From Thermodesulfobacteriota bacterium (lineage in GTDB: Bacteria > Desulfobacterota_D > UBA1144 > Nemesobacterales > N074bin48): a stretch of 49,634 nt of DNA. Below the pieces are notes generated by a model. The model worked only from the letters and a program-made list of their open reading frames with translations. It was not told the origin of the DNA and ran no database searches. Shown piece by piece: positions 47,548-49,634 of the stretch. The stretch is from contig JBFFSH010000008.1 of NCBI GenBank assembly GCA_041572575.1, forward strand, positions 1 through 49,634, in the 5' to 3' direction. A program made the translations under genes and the position numbers. Positions within the stretch are counted from its first letter, which is position 1. The number at the start of each line of letters is the position of its first letter.

Positions 47548-48564
47548 ATGGAACAAACTATGTCGAAATACTTATTCCTACATTTCTTATCCCTTCTCTT
47601 ATTAATTTCATCCTGTTCAATATTCTCTGATGAGACCAATAACTATAAATTGGAAAAAATAGAGTCTGTTCCAGAAGAAATAGCAAGCTACAGGGATAGA
47701 CTAAACAGCCTTACTGATGATCAAAGAAAGATATCAAGAAAAACAATTTCGGTAAAACTTCCAGACGATTCAGAAATAGAGTTTATCTGGATTCCAGCCA
47801 CTACATCCAGGGAATGGAAAAAAATTAGCGGGGGCAGAGATTACTATATTTACGGAGATGATAAGGAAACATACAGCCCATACAGATTTGTAAGACTCAC
47901 TTACGGTTATTTCATATCCAAGACTGAGATTACACAGTCACAGTGGAAGTTATTAATGGAACACAATCCCTCTGAAAACAGGCAGACAAAAGCCAACAAC
48001 TTTGATAATCATCCAAAAAATTCAGTATCCTGGGATGACAGCAAATTATTCATTGACAGGTTTAAAGAAGATACATATTTAAGTCTATTTGATCGTATTA
48101 AAAAGTATATTTCATATAATGACTATATTTTTAGATTACCAACTGAGGTCGAATGGGAATATGCCGCAAGAGCTGCAATGCACAATCCTTCTGAGGGCTA
48201 TATTGATAAAACATCCTGGAGCAATAGCTTAGGTACAACCGCTGTTGCAAGCAAATCACCTAACCCCTGGGGCGTTTACGATATACTAGGTAATGTTTTT
48301 GAATATACACAAGACTGCTGGCCCACAAGTGATGATATAAAACATGGAGATCAAAGTAAAATAACCACTAATCCCCTGGGATTTACAGACCGTATAAATT
48401 CAAGGGGCGGGGCATATCACTCCAGAAATTATCATGTAAAGAGTTTTGGTTGGAGAAATCACTGTAGACATAAAGAATTTAAAGAACATAGCAACGGGCT
48501 TCGTCTTGTTTTCGCTCCTGCTATCTCAAAACTTAACAAAGTACCTCCTATAAAACAGGCATAA
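47548..48564 (+). CDS. FGE-sulfatase (SUMF1/CLec-fold) domain lipoprotein
   Basis: Lipobox ISSC, TEITQSQW, P...VSWDD, RLPTEVEWEYAARA, NPWGVYDILGNVFE, RGGA and GLRL; stop codon lies inside the IS left repeat. Confidence 0.9.
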   Translation: MEQTMSKYLFLHFLSLLLLISSCSIFSDETNNYKLEKIESVPEEIASYRDRLNSLTDDQRKISRKTISVKLPDDSEIEFIWIPATTSREWKKISGGRDYYIYGDDKETYSPYRFVRLTYGYFISKTEITQSQWKLLMEHNPSENRQTKANNFDNHPKNSVSWDDSKLFIDRFKEDTYLSLFDRIKKYISYNDYIFRLPTEVEWEYAARAAMHNPSEGYIDKTSWSNSLGTTAVASKSPNPWGVYDILGNVFEYTQDCWPTSDDIKHGDQSKITTNPLGFTDRINSRGGAYHSRNYHVKSFGWRNHCRHKEFKEHSNGLRLVFAPAISKLNKVPPIKQA

Positions 48565-48582
48565 TTGCAAAAAATGTGTGCT
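48558..48582 (+). repeat. IS left terminal inverted repeat
   Basis: Exact reverse complement of 49610-49634. Confidence 0.95.
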
Positions 48583-48646
48583 GAAAATGGGGTTTTAGCC
48601 TTTATTTACTATATTATAATGAGAAAAAAGTTAAACAGGTTTAACT

Positions 48647-49601
48647 ATGAACAAAAAACTGTCCCCTTTGCAGTGCACAAAAAGCAGTCAAGAAAAACGG
48701 AAAATACTCAAACGGCAAGCAACGCTGGTACTGCAAAAAGTGCAAACGTTCAGTTGGCTTGAACAACAAAACGAATAAACACAAACGAGAATTTGTGTGG
48801 TTTAGAAGATGGGTAGAACAGGGACACACGATCAGCCATCTTTCAAGCATAAGCAAGCATAGTACTCGTAAACTGCACTACATAATTGACCACTGGCTTA
48901 ACCAAGAACCGCCCACCAAAAAAGCAAAAATAGCCCGATGCCGTTATGGTATTTTCGATGGTACGTTTCTACACAGACCCGACAGTGTAATAGTTATTAT
49001 GGACGCACAGGATCACACCGTAATAGCGAGCAATTATCCTGCAAGAGAGAACTCAGCCAAGCAGTTAAACTCCTTTCTCGGGGGTTTGAAAGAACAGGGT
49101 CTATCTCTTGAAAGTGTAACGCTAGACGGTAATCCCAGTGCTATAAGGACATTTAGGCAGCTTTGGCCTGGTATTACGATACAGCGCTGCCTTGTACATA
49201 TTCAGAGGCAGGGGATTATGTGGTGCAGGGCAAAGCCACAGATGGAGCCTGCCAAAAAGTTAAGAGAGTTGTTCGTTCGCACAACCTATATCCGTACACA
49301 GCAGCAAAGAGAAACTTTTGTGCGTGACCTCGAGCAGTGGGAAAACAAGTACGGAGATGTGATAGATAACTTCCCATCCAGTCACAAGGTTCTCTCTGAT
49401 CTAAAGCGTGCACGGAGCATGATACTCAAAGCACTGCCGGATATGTTTTACTACTTGAACGATAGCAATATCCCCTTTTCAACCAATAGCCTTGAAGGGT
49501 ACTTCTCTAGAGTGAAATGGGCTTACAGAAACCATAGAGGACTGGCTAAACACAAGAGAATTAATTACTTCAAATGGTACACCTTTTTAAAGCAAATCTG
49601 A
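48647..49601 (+). CDS. IS256-type DDE transposase with N-terminal zinc finger; frame change needed at an A6 run
   Basis: Frame upstream of the ORF-track start reads NCPLC...GKQRWYCKKC; core motifs FDGTF, TLDG, QRCLVH and TNSLEG. ATG 48647 is out of frame by one base at AAAAAA 48653-48658. Confidence 0.85.
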
Positions 49602-49609
49602 CTCAAATT

Positions 49610-49634
49610 AGCACACATTTTTTGCAATTATGCC
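49610..49634 (-). repeat. IS right terminal inverted repeat at the window end
   Basis: Exact reverse complement of 48558-48582. Confidence 0.95.

Larger units (their letters stand above)
48558..49634 (+). mobile_element. Complete 1077-bp IS256-family insertion sequence (Zn-finger variant)
   Basis: Perfect 25-bp terminal inverted repeats GGCATAATTGCAAAAAATGTGTGCT at 48558-48582 and 49610-49634 enclose a DDE transposase. Confidence 0.92.

Noticed and set aside
47548..48564. Diversity-generating retroelement target (CLec-fold C-terminus)
   Set aside because: No reverse transcriptase, and no template-repeat copy of the 3' end was seen in the window.
48653..48659. IS1-type A6C -1 frameshift / IS1 family assignment
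   Set aside because: AAA AAC is already in the destination frame, so the classic IS1 geometry does not apply; the QRCLVH motif and TIRs fit IS256.
1..49634. CRISPR array, tRNA, rRNA, prophage or retron
   Set aside because: No spaced direct-repeat array, cloverleaf, rRNA-like stretch, phage structural gene or reverse transcriptase was recognised by eye.

Overview
AT-rich bacterial chromosomal segment ending exactly at the right inverted repeat of an IS256-family element, so probably a contig end. An IPTL-CTERM relic and the gene mix suggest a Desulfobacterota-like lineage such as Ca. Dadabacteria (inference only). Left to right: a type IV minor-pilin operon (pilV-pilW-pilX plus a truncated next gene) with a sigma54-type promoter and tandem enhancer sites; a decayed patch with a RHH/RelE toxin-antitoxin pair; a carboxyltransferase fused in the unusual alpha-then-beta order; a RimB-like protease, RimK with an RCK_C domain and a deacylase, converging on a ppa / CdaA-YbbR diadenylate cyclase / MgtE cluster with CNNM, MscS and Ca/cation antiporter genes; a hypE relic; dehydrogenases; a Ycf46-like AAA ATPase; aat; purine/nucleoside uptake genes with pgi and rpiA; a MarR-controlled NmrA-SDR-GST unit; a candidate GGA-rich sRNA; a cold-shock gene; alpha-2-macroglobulin with PBP1C; an MT-A70/BglII-like restriction-modification pair; an FGE-domain lipoprotein; and the IS. 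Best lead for an undescribed system: c-di-AMP signalling coupled to RimK glutamylation and Mg2+/ion homeostasis. No tRNA, rRNA or CRISPR array was seen. All family calls are by-eye motif recognition, not database results.
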